This document shows positions 24,662 to 36,212 of a stretch of DNA of 54,925 bases, piece after piece (position 1 is the first letter of the stretch; every line of letters begins with the position of its first letter). The stretch is from contig WELB01000015.1 in the NCBI GenBank assembly GCA_009602725.1, positions 692,391 to 747,315 on the forward strand, read 5' to 3'. The translations under genes were made by a program, and so were the position numbers. This DNA comes from Spirogloea muscicola. Its lineage: Eukaryota. The notes under the pieces are model-generated. The model ran no database searches, was not told where the DNA came from, and worked only from the letters and a program-made list of their open reading frames with translations.

Positions 24662-25301
24662 CAGCAGCTCGAGCTGCCCACATGAGTAGGCCCCCACTTG
24701 AACTTTATTATAGAGCACCTCGACAAAGTCCTTGTGCTTTGCTGCCATTGCTGACTAGCTAAGATGAAGGCTGGTCAGCCCATCAAAGCGGCAGGCACAT
24801 GGAGGTCGGCACCTCGTGACTTTATCATTCTTTGAGCAATTAGCTCCCCAGTGCGTTGGCCATGTCAGACTTTCCTCAGCATAAGGATCCCTGCGGCAGG
24901 GCACATCACCCGCAGCCGTTTGCAGCAACCTTCCTAAGTAATGGTCGAGACTATCTTGAAAAGACTACATAGTGAAGGCACATCCTGCACAGAGTTAAGC
25001 TGACTCCCACCAGTGTTTGACTCAAGTTGAGAGTCGCACTCAGTAGAGACACATGCTCTGGCACTGCACTTATTGGGTAGGTGTCTTGTAATATCCGCTA
25101 CTGTGATGTGCTAGCTGGTCACTCCTGCTGCAGGGAGCAGCCAACTGCTACTGCTACTTATTGGCAGGCAATCGCCATTCCAATGCATTGGCCAAGTAAT
25201 TCAGGGCAATGACTTTGCGTTACTGTGGGCCTACTTTGCAGGACTGTGCGACAGTCCTGCCCAACAAGTCTAGCAAATTCTTGGAGGATTTTATGGGCCA
25301 G

Positions 25302-28300
25302 CTACACTCCGGCAATCTGGAGCATGTCAGCTGTGCTGACAATCTTCTCGCGGGGCTTCCCCGCCAGCACTCCCCGCCGCACCTCCTCGGCGTCGATGCG
25401 CTGCCACCCTGCCAGGTCGACCGGCCGCGCGCCACTTTCCGCCAGACGGTTCAGCAGCTGCAGCCGCCCACAATCACTTGCGGGTCGTGGCAGACAGCCG
25501 GCCCAGCTGTCCTCTGCAATGGACGCAACCTGCAAATATTGCAAACCCCTCATTATTCACAGTCTTGCCCATCTCAGTCCTGCCTCAGCACAAATTGGGC
25601 TGTTCTGTGACTTGCTAACCCACAACTCAATTATCTAGCTTTGCATGCTAATTTAGCAGTTACTGCCCAGAAGGACCCTGGACAAACATACTGAGATGTC
25701 TAAGTCGGAGCTGTATTGCTAGACGAGAATGAGTTGACGATAAAGCATTTGAGACAATAAGCAGTTGATTTCATTGTTGAGTGAGTAAGGCGATTATTGC
25801 AATTGCCACTGACAGTCTCCTCGGCATCGATGAGGTTGGTGGCAATCACGCCTGTTGGCCCCCTCTTCAGCCATCCCACAACGTAAAGGCCATCCTCGTA
25901 GTGCTCAGCCTTTGTGCCCCAGCCACCAACATCGTCCTGCTGCTCTGAGGGGACCTCCCTGAGCACCCTTCCCAGTTTATTAGGCACAATGCCTGCATCA
26001 TCAACAGGTGATGCAATATCAACTTTGTCAGGCCTTTTGGTGAAGCCATCAGGTTGCAAGCAATTGACACGGCTGCCTCTCAATCAGCAAGTTCAATTAA
26101 CAAAATTGTTAGAAGCTCTCCATATATGCTCCGGCATGCAGGACCACAAGCCTGCTGACTCCGAGAATCATCTCTTGTTACTGCAGACTGACGCATCTGC
26201 AGCAAGGAGGACGCACGGGCTGCCTGGCCTGGCACCTTTGGTATGATCAAAGTGCAGCTCTGGAACTGGTATGGACTTGTATCCAATACTCCGCAGGATG
26301 AGCCTGCAAACAGCGATCTAGTCAATTCAGCACTAAGAGCATCTGGGTACAAGACAATGGAACGACCTGATTTTTGGCCTTAAATATCTCAGTCTCCGTT
26401 TGGTTGGTAAACCCAGCCAGGATGCTGAGCTGCGCTTACCTTAGCAGGCGCCACTAGTAAACAACAGTCAACTTAGTTCTTCTTGTTAACGTTGTTGATT
26501 ATGCAATGAGAAACAACTACAAATGGGGCACATTCTCACCCACAGGGTATGTCCTCAAGCTCGCCAAGGCCAATGGCCCGCTGAGGCTTCCCAAGCCCTC
26601 CAGCTGTAGAACAACCTCACGCTATGTCAAATGAGTCCCTCACTCCCGTACTATGACATTCCCTTTAATTCCAGGGTTATGCGACAGACCTTAGCAGACA
26701 GTTCGGTTCCTGATACATGCCACCAGCTGCCCGTGCTTCGAGTGCCTAAGTCGTGTTGGAGCCTGGCTATCTGACTTACATGCAGAAGGCAAAAATCCTA
26801 CGCCTCACTGGTGAAGAGATTACACTTGCCAGAGAAGCAAAGGTACTGACTACTCGTCATTACACTGATCTCAAGTGGTTACAGTAAAGCAAGGAGGCGC
26901 ACGCTGCAGGGTGGTCTTCTCAAGACGCACGCCGTTGACGTGGGTGTTATCCACATTCCCCAGGATCTCTGTGGGCCTTCTGAAGAAGACGAAGTACACC
27001 TGCCGCGCCGCCGGGCTGACCGGCTGCGCGCCAGTCCGGACCACCTTCTGGAAGAGCTCAAAGACCCGCCGGTGGCTCCTGTTGACCTTCAGCTCTGCCT
27101 ACCATGCAGACAGGAAGACCAGTCAATAGCGCCACTCACTGATAGCTAATGCTCTTTGCCTAACGACTTTACATTAAACCGTGGAAGCCAAATGGCCTGT
27201 AAAAGCAGCAAGCGCGCACAATTCCAACCTCTAGCATGGCTTTCGTGTCGAGATTACATGTGACCCCTGAATCTCCACAGCAATCTCAAGAGCCATGAGC
27301 TTATTGTAATCTCTGCTTATCAGCACATCAGGGTGCTCCGCAGTCACAATGGAAGGGCAGTCACATGCTGCAAGTGCATGCAGGTACCTTATCTGCTTCA
27401 GAGATGTCGAGGTCCTCCGGAGAGACATGTACGTGGATTGACTTCAGATCTGCAAGCACAACAAAAGCCTAAGACGCGTCAGTAATCACCTCAAGCTATG
27501 CAGGCATTGATGTATTGTTGAAGGCTACATTACTGTTTACTTAATAGCCTCAAGGAGTGGGTCAAGACAGCAGCCAGAGTGCAGCAGATGTTCCTCATAA
27601 GCTTGGCAGTTATGCACCTTCTACATTAGAGTTAGGGGGACTAAGGGACTATTCAAGATCACTGCAGGGTTTGGGAATGAAGAGATTGGTTATTCATGTC
27701 ACTGTATCAATTTTAAATTGGCAATACCAGTTCAGGATAACAGGTGGGCCAAGTGCTGCAATACAAGGCAGGAATCCCAAATAATTCTTTGGATACAGAG
27801 GACGGTCCAGGCGGGGCTCACCGAGCAGCTCACGGAGCTCCCGAGCCGTGCAGGCGGCCTGCGCAGGGCCCCGCCTCCCGACCAGGTACACCTTCCTGGA
27901 GCAGGCTGGGCGGCTTGCACTATGTCAGCTCAACCTGGCCACACTTAATTAACCGGCTCTAGAGTACAACACATGGAGCTTCATGTAAATCCACCAGTGT
28001 ATGCACCTTGCGTGCATGAAGCCTCTTGCTTCTATTCTGAAGGCTAAGAACATGTTGACAACTGGAGATAATGCATGCATTCGCCTAAAGCAACAGCAGG
28101 TGCTGATTGCTGAAGGATACAATCCTAAAAAACACTGCATTGCAAATGTATAAGCCAGTAGTCCTTTACACGAGCTCCCTAATGGAATTGGGTGGCACCT
28201 GATCGTGCTCTTGCGGAGAACGGTCAGAGCGTGCGCCGCGATGTCAGTCGCAGCAAGCTCATCGGGGTCCCGCAGGAGGATGCGTGCGACGTCCAGCGCC

Positions 28301-29891
28301 ACATTGCCCTGGCTTTTCTCACTCGCGCACAGGCAGGCTGGCTCAGAAAACCTGCTGACTTCATTAGCAGCCTCTAATCTGATTAGCCTTCTCTGCTCTC
28401 TAAGTGTCACAGAAGATGCCCACTGCTCTCACTGCTTAACTGTGTGGATTTAGAGTTTGAGGTTTAAATTTACTCTAGGGTCTAGAACCGAAGATGCAGG
28501 CTTGGGTTTAAGTGAGGGTTTGGCCTAAGGATCTGGTGTGAGACCACAGGTGACCCCGGGCTTGCCTGGCCAAGTACAACGGCTGACTCGTGGGCATTGA
28601 GATCTGGCGCGAGATCCGCGTGCCATGGGTGGCCGTTGTACCACCACACAAACTCCCGCGCCGAGTGCATGCCTCCAAGGTCCTGTGCATGGGATGCCAG
28701 CTACCATAAGGAGTTAATCGTCTTAGATACTCCAGACTGTAGCAGGATTCCATGCAAAGCTTGGAATTTGATAAGTCAAATTGAACCGTTCCATTAGCTC
28801 GTGTAATTTCATGACTTTCAACTGCAAGCGGGTACAATTGATACATGTCTTCAAAGTGCATCAAGAGACGAGCCAATGCCAGGAATGCTGGCTCACCTCG
28901 CCAGAGATGCCCAGCCGCCGGTCACTCTCGGCACCGTATGCCAGGATCACCTGAGTCAACCACGCCACGGGCTTAACAAGGAGCTATTGGGTCCAGTAAC
29001 TGACATAAGCCAGAGTAGTGAGTGCATGAAGGCTATCAATACACTGAAATATGTATCTGATGATATGCCAATCTACTTGCTTGATTATCTGCTTGAACGC
29101 GGGAGGATGGAGTAGGGATGCACACCCCATGGTAGTGCCGACGAAGCTGCGCCAGCGACACGTCGCGGCCGAGTGCCACGTTGCCCACAAAGCGGCACCG
29201 TGCATCGCTCGTGGCCAGCGCCGCAAACTGGTTGTTAACCAGCTGCAGGCCGCCAGCCAGAGTACCAGTACCGTCAATTAGGGGCAGCTTATGCCAACGC
29301 AGACGGACGCCTACGAGCGTCCTCTGCAGTAGCAACAGCCACAACAGAGGCCTGATCTAGCCCTGCTGTAGACTTTTTTGAGACCAGTATTGAGATCAGT
29401 CATGACTAACGCCATATCTCAGTATCTTGCTTTAGGGTTAGGGTTCGGAGCTCACCTTGGTCTCGGGGTGGTCGGGCGCGACGCCGGAGCGCACGAGGCC
29501 AAAGGGCGTCGGCAGCTGGTCCAGGACGTCGACGCGGGCGGCATCGCCAAAGTGGCGCAGGAGCTGCAGCGGCAGGCACCCAAGTGACGGGCAGCATCAG
29601 GGCGCGGGCCGGCTGACAGCGGCGGCAGCGGCGGCCATGGCGGCGGCGGTTACTGGGCGAGCTGCTGACCTTCTCAGCGGTGTAGAAGCCAGCAGGCCCA
29701 CTGCCAACTACGCAGAACTGGAGCTCCTTGCTTGGAGCAGGAGCTCCTGGGAGCAGCTCGCCAGCGGCGGCGGTAGATGGGGCCACAGTCAGATGGCGGC
29801 GGGCTGGGAGCGGCAGCGGCGGACCGCCGCAGCGCCGCAGGAAGGTCCGGAGGACTGCCGCTGCCGTCGTTGCGGCAGGCGGAGGCGGCAT
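25302..29891 (-). CDS. MFDR: Mitochondrial NADPH:adrenodoxin (ferredoxin) oxidoreductase
   Basis: [108 protein letters not shown] and GKPREK, with an Arg-rich presequence from ATG 29891. Confidence 0.95.
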
Positions 29892-30091
29892 CCGCTGCGC
29901 AGCTTTGTGGGTTTCGGCCGCAGAGCGCTGCAGTCGCTGGTGGGGCGCTGCTGTGCCCGGTGTCCGTGTCGGCAGAGGTGGAAAAGGGTGGTGGCTGCGG
30001 CCGCCTCTGTGTGCCACGGCAGGCGGGGCTAGAGAATAGTGGCCTAGGGGGGTGGGAAAGACGGTGGGAGAGGGAGGGAGGAGATGGGGGG

Positions 30092-30131
<40 letters not shown>

Positions 30132-30215
30132 TGAGTGGGCGAGTAATTCTGTTAAGTGGGTCAGATGACCTGCAATCTCTCTTGCAGCACAGGCAACGTC
30201 TCGTAGTCGCCTGCC
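29892..30215. promoter_or_regulatory. Probable bidirectional promoter with (GA)n tract
   Basis: 324 bp between divergent ATGs; (AG)n at about 30097-30129. Confidence 0.55.
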
Positions 30216-33200
30216 ATGCCCCTGCGCTCAGGTGAAGGCCACGGCAGCGGCGGCAGCGCAGCTGTCAACAGCGACAGGCCCGGCAGCGGCGGCGAGGAGG
30301 GGTTGCAGCCCAATTCCCTGTCGTCAGAATATTGGGAGCTCCCGCTGCCGCCGGAGCGCGTTTACTTCGTCGACTCGGCGGCGGCGTTCCGGGAGGTCGC
30401 GGAGCCGGCGCTGGCCGGCGCCGCCGTGCTGGGCCTCGATGCCGAGTGGCGCCCGACCACCGCCCTTCAGTAAGACCCCGCAAACCCTAACCCCAACCCC
30501 AAAGCCTAAACCCTAAACCCCTAACCCTCTTGCCGACTCGACGTCGTCGTCGTTGCGACATCGTGTGTCAGCGAGCTCAGGCTCATGCTGTGCACCAGAA
30601 AGCCGGTCGAGCCTCAGCTGGTGGCACAAGGGCTTGCCTATTACCGTCCGGTATTTGGGCGTCAATTAGCGACATCTATGTATTGACTCGTGGTCACTGA
30701 GCGGGTCAGCTTAGCAGCAGCTGATGTGCATCTGTCAATGTGCTTGCCTTTGTACTTGGCCACTCGAACCCTCCATCACTCAAAAGACACTCCATTTCCC
30801 TTGCTGCCACTGCCACATGGCTCAGTTAAGCGCTGTTTTTGCTGCCGTCGATGCCGCACTCTTACCACAGAGTAGCCAGGAGCAATATGGAGAGGCGCCA
30901 CCATTGTCAGCAGCTGCGGCGGCATCCATGAGAGCCAGGGAATTGTGGCAGTACAGGCGCTGGTCATAGCCTGTTACTTGGACTTAACTTACAGAAGCTG
31001 TAACTCCTAAACCTTTGTAACTCATACTCTTGCTCATGATAGCTTCTGGTGGCGCTCATTTGCAGGGGCAGCGCATCGCGCGTGTCCATCCTCCAGATCG
31101 CCTGCCGACCCGCCGGCAGTGGCGCCAGCGGCGCTGTCGTGCTTGTGCTGGACATGCTGGCACTGCCGCCGGCGACGTTCGCGGGCGCCCTCGGCGCTGC
31201 GCTGCGGGCGCCGGCCGTGCCCAAGCTCGGCTTCCAGTTCGCCGACGATGTGCGCCGCCTGGCGGCCAGCCATCCACACGCCGACGCCCGAGGCTGCTTC
31301 GACATCGTGCGCAACCACTAACCTCTCATCAATAATCTGGTCATACACCCTAGAGCCCGCATCAGCTCAGTGTATTTAGTGAAATTAGTGTACTCACTAA
31401 ACACTAGTGAGTAAATTAGAATGTAGTGTAATCAGAAATCAGAAATCAGTTGTGAGTTAGCGTGCAGAGATAGGGGTCCTCTGTTGAGCTCAGCGCCCGA
31501 TTCTCAGGTGGCACCGTACGTCGACGTAGGCGTGCTGGAGGAGCGCGTGGCAGCTGCCAGCGGGCGGCGGGCGGCGCCGCTGGCGCCTGGCCGGGGCCTG
31601 GCCCAGGTCGCTGAGGCCACGCTTGGCCTGCCCCTCTGCAAGGTAGCTGAGCTTGCACATTTACTTACATTGATCACTTAAGGGATATATTTCAGATAAA
31701 CACTTAATGGAGTTTCATTACAGAACACTACATAACAACCGGTAACAACCAGTGGCAAGAGGTGGTTGACTGTGTGCCAATGTCACCAAGAGTTCCCCTC
31801 CTCCTCCCTCCTCCTCCCTCCGTCCTCCAGGACCTGCAGTGCTCCGACTGGGAGGCGCGGCCGCTGAGCGCTGCCCAGCTGCAGTATGCGGCGGCCGACG
31901 CCTACTGCCTGCTCGCCATCTTCGACGCTCTCGCTGCCAAGGAGGCCACTGCCGGAGAAGCGGGAGACGGACCGGGTGGCAGCATCGGCGACCAGAAAAG
32001 CAGTGCCCCCGCACCGCAGTGGTGGCGACGGCCTCCACTGGAGCCGAGTGAGCGCAGGAGAACCACCATGGGGCTCACTGAGCTGCTTCGCGACTACGAG
32101 GGCTTGAGCAGTTGGAAGGCCAGCGACAGGCCCGCACTCGACCGAGGCGACGCTCCTGTGGCGGTGGCAAGGGCGGCACTGGCGCAGCTCCCCGGCGGCA
32201 GCGAGAGCGAGTGGTGGCGGCTGCACGCTGGTTCACTTTCGCTGCGAGAGCTGAACAGTCGACGGAGAGGCAACAAGGTGCGCAAGAGTTCACGTGCCAC
32301 TAACCGGGTGATCGCCGGCGATGATGAGACGGAAAAGAGCGAGGGAGGAGGGAAGCAGGCGGCGAGCACCGGCCGCGGCAGTGGCAGTGGAGGCGACGAG
32401 GATGCTGGCGAGTGGCAAGGCCCGCCGCCGTGGTCACGGGCACTCGGCGGCGACGGCCGGCCCCGATTCCTGTGCGACGGCATGGTGTGGGCCCCCCACT
32501 CTTAATAAGTAAATCTCAGTCTCTCTGTAATTATTTACACTAGCAATTCATTGCTCACGTTCCTAAGAGATTCCTGTTGGTCTGTACTCGCTGCAATTGT
32601 TGAGCTAACTTCCGTTAAGCTAAGCTCTAATACTCCTGAACTATTTCTAAATCTTAGCCGTGTTTTGGGTGCTCGCTACCAGGTGGAGGGTCTGGCACGG
32701 CAGCTGCGGTGCGTGGGCATCGATGCAGCCTCGCCGCACAGGCCGGCGACGGCGGCGGGCGCGGACCCCGCACGGCGGCTCGTGGAGCAGGCGGTGGACG
32801 AGGGCCGCGTGCTGCTCACACGCGACCTCAAGCTCCTGCGGCGGCGGCTGCTGCCGCCCTACCTGGCGTATCGCGTCCGCGCGCTCGGCAAGCAGGACCA
32901 GCTTCGCGAGGTGAGGGCCGTCCTGATCCTCAATGCTCAAGCTATCACAGCCAGAGTCTACCCCTGAGACCCCGTACTCCCCCACCTGGCCGTGATTACG
33001 AGATCACGGCCAAGTAGTAATTGAGCCCAACAATAGTAGTGCAACCCTCTTCATCTTTGTAATGGCTCCTGTATCTTACTTTTTGTTGCGTTTAGTAGCC
33101 TGGGAAGTGATTCCTTTCAATTTTATACCACTCATGAGCTCTCTTTTCGCCTGTGTCGAACTCTTGACTCAGACACAACACTTTGGCCAGCACTCCGTGA

Positions 33201-34271
33201 TTCTAAGCTGAATCGCCTGGAAGTTAAACACCTTGTTTGGCGATTACTCAGGCAATAGTTCAGATTCAACATCACGACTTAATGTAACTAGAAGCTCTAT
33301 CTCGCCTGGCAGGTCATTGCTGTGTTTGGGCTGGAGATTGTGCCCGAGAAGCTGCTGTCTCGGTGCACGCGGTGCAATGGAGAGTTTGCGCCGGCGCCGC
33401 TTGATGCTGCGGCAGCCGCCACTGCTGCGCCCTGGACACAGGTCCTTCCTGAGTGCGTGCTTCGCGGCGACATCTCCGAGTTCTGGCAGTGCACGCGCTG
33501 CCGCCACCTCTACTGGGAGGTAAGTCGTCAGCTGAATGAAGCCAATGGGAATTGCAATTTAATTGCTGTACTCCATTCTCCAAGATCAGCATGAGACCAC
33601 GATCTGAAGTAACCCAGTATCCATGTCGAATGCAATGAATCAGTTTCCATCCATATGAAATCTCGTGCATTGCCAGATCTTGAAATAGAGATTGGTCCTA
33701 TGTTGTCCCCTGCTCCATTGTCTCATCTGTGGGTTCTGAATCTAAGCACGTTGAGCCTTACTTCAGTTCTGGCTAGACTGGTGACTTCAAGAAAAAGTCC
33801 CCGTAATTTCATGTTCCTCTGTAACAGCCACAGCACTCAGCTGACTAGAGCACACCACTCAATATGGACGACTTCACATTGTAGTGATTCTTCCGCCAAG
33901 TCCTGAGCTGTACGCTTGCTTCAGCCATTGTGCGTCTTGGGGCAATCCTTGCTAACACAAATGGGACGACTTACACACAAGCTCACCCTCCTGTTGTTTG
34001 TGCTCGCGGCCAGGGCTCGCAGTTTGATCGGGCGCTGCGCCAATTTGCGAGCGAGTTCTGCCAGGCCGCCGACGCGGGCGAGGGCACAGCGGCCAGTGGG
34101 GAGCTCCAGCCGCAGAGCAGCAGTCTCCTGGACTGGCAGGCAGTAGAGACTGCGGCGCCAAAGCCAGGCAGCCGCTCGGGGGCCGGCCGGCCGCGTTCAG
34201 CGGCCACGGCTGGCAGCTGTGTTTGTAGACGAACCAGACCGCCAAAGCCTGCATGCATTGCTCCTCCTTGA
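30216..34271 (+). CDS. Mut-7/EXD3-like DEDDy 3'-5' exonuclease with Mut7-C domain
   Basis: ExoI LGLDAEW, ExoII GFQFADD and ExoIII SDWEARPLSAAQLQYAAADA. Mut7-C motifs are RFLCDGMVEGLARQLRCVGID, GRVLLTRD and the Zn ribbon RCTRCNG..FWQCTRCRHLYWEGSQF. Seven exons; the start codon is uncertain. Confidence 0.9.
30482..30527. repeat. Telomere-like/telo-box tract at start of intron 1
   Basis: AAACCCTAACCCCAACCCCAAAGCCTAAACCCTAAACCCCTAACCCT. Confidence 0.8.
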
Positions 34272-34515
34272 CAAGATTTCCTTGTATATATCTGTAATTG
34301 ACTATTGAGGATGTCAGAGTGCTATGTAGAGACGCTGCAGTATGGCACGCTTATAGATGGCCACTTAATCTACGCCTTGCGGCGGAAAGAATGGTAATCT
34401 GCTTAAACCAGCTGGTACAGATTCAGCAGGAAAGGGAAGCAATAAAAATGCAGACTGAGTATTGCAGATTCGGTCGGCAAATGCATTCTGTCAGCAATTG
34501 GCGCAGAGCAATTTG

Positions 34516-35542
34516 TCACTTGAAGAGCTTGTACTTCTTGAGGAGCGGCGCGACATCCGACTTGCGATACGGCTTGGTGGCGAGGCACGTCGGGATGCTC
34601 TCGGGCTTCTCCAGCCACAGCTTGTGGGCGATGCCCTCAGAGTCCAGCCTGCTGGCAAGGTCAACGAGCTGCGCCTCGCCCGGAACCTCCAGAGTGACCT
34701 GTGGCAGAGCGAGGCGACGTCAGCCTCAGCCCTGCTCTCAACAAGAGCATGTCAGCGCCAGCCGCTGTCAGGGAAGAAAGAGACTTCCATTAGAGGGCGA
34801 TGGCTGTGATTGGCCAGCCCACAAAAAGAATAAACGAAAACTCGAAGAACTGAGGGTTTGAGGTTTTGTATTAAGGGGGTTTGGGCTTTAGGTGCCAGAT
34901 AAGCACTTAAGCATGCAGCGAATCAAGTGGCCTGATAAGAGGCCTGATGGCGGTATTTAGGTTTTACTGTTAAACCCCAAACCCTGAATCCTAAACCCTG
35001 ACCGTGTGCATGTCGTTGATGGCGGCAGGCCCACAGTAGGCCTTGGTGGCGGCGTCGCCGCGGTGCTGCCAGACGGCAGCGACGGCGGCGTGGCAGCCTT
35101 GGGCCACGACGCTGCCCAGCGGCCAGCCCAGGCCGCCGGGCGCCACCAGGTCGCGCCGCAGCAGGACGTACTGCACAATTGGGTCCTGCGAACACAAGAG
35201 CCATGCACATTTGTTAGATATGATTCACTGCTAGATACGGTCTCCAATTTGGCTCAGATTAACGCACAACTTGCAGAGACGGGAGTCGAGTAAGGGAATG
35301 ACAGCAATCAAGGTTTAGGAATAGCATATATGCCGGCAAAACGCACGCAAGATTTTGACGGGCCTTGAACCATTAGAGTTGAACCCGAGACCCTTCATCC
35401 TAGAATCTAAACTCTTAAACTAAGTGCTGCCGGAGGGCTGTCGGAGGCCGGAGAGGCAGAGCCGCCGGCTCGGCCTGCGCCGCCAGCCCCGCCGGCGAGC
35501 GCGCCTCACCTGCGGGTCGGCGGCGTCGGCGGCGTCGGCGGC
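34516..35542 (-). CDS. PTRHD1: Putative peptidyl-tRNA hydrolase PTRHD1 (PTH2-like); 5' end in gap
   Basis: IVQYVLLRRDL..WPLGSVVAQGCHAAVAA..AYC / VTLEV..HKLWLEKPESIPTCLATKPY..LKKYKLFK-stop. Confidence 0.92.
34785..34830 (-). repeat. Isolated hairpin-type retroelement 3' end in intron
   Basis: The reverse complement GGGCTGGCCAATCACAGCCATCGCCCTCTAATGGAA matches 51459-51492. Confidence 0.7.
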
Positions 35543-36212
35543 NNNNNNNNNNNNNNNNNNNNNNNNNNNNNNNNNNNNNNNNNNNNNNNNNNNNNNNNNN
35601 NNNNNNNNNNNNNNNNNNNNNNNNNNNNNNNNNNNNNNNNNNNNNNNNNNNNNNNNNNNNNNNNNNNNNNNNNNNNNNNNNNNNNNNNNNNNNNNNNNNN
35701 NNNNNNNNNNNNNNNNNNNNNNNNNNNNNNNNNNNNNNNNNNNNNNNNNNNNNNNNNNNNNNNNNNNNNNNNNNNNNNNNNNNNNNNNNNNNNNNNNNNN
35801 NNNNNNNNNNNNNNNNNNNNNNNNNNNNNNNNNNNNNNNNNNNNNNNNNNNNNNNNNNNNNNNNNNNNNNNNNNNNNNNNNNNNNNNNNNNNNNNNNNNN
35901 NNNNNNNNNNNNNNNNNNNNNNNNNNNNNNNNNNNNNNNNNNNNNNNNNNNNNNNNNNNNNNNNNNNNNNNNNNNNNNNNNNNNNNNNNNNNNNNNNNNN
36001 NNNNNNNNNNNNNNNNNNNNNNNNNNNNNNNNNNNNNNNNNNNNNNNNNNNNNNNNNNNNNNNNNNNNNNNNNNNNNNNNNNNNNNNNNNNNNNNNNNNN
36101 NNNNNNNNNNNNNNNNNNNNNNNNNNNNNNNNNNNNNNNNNNNNNNNNNNNNNNNNNNNNNNNNNNNNNNNNNNNNNNNNNNNNNNNNNNNNNNNNNNNN
36201 NNNNNNNNNNNN

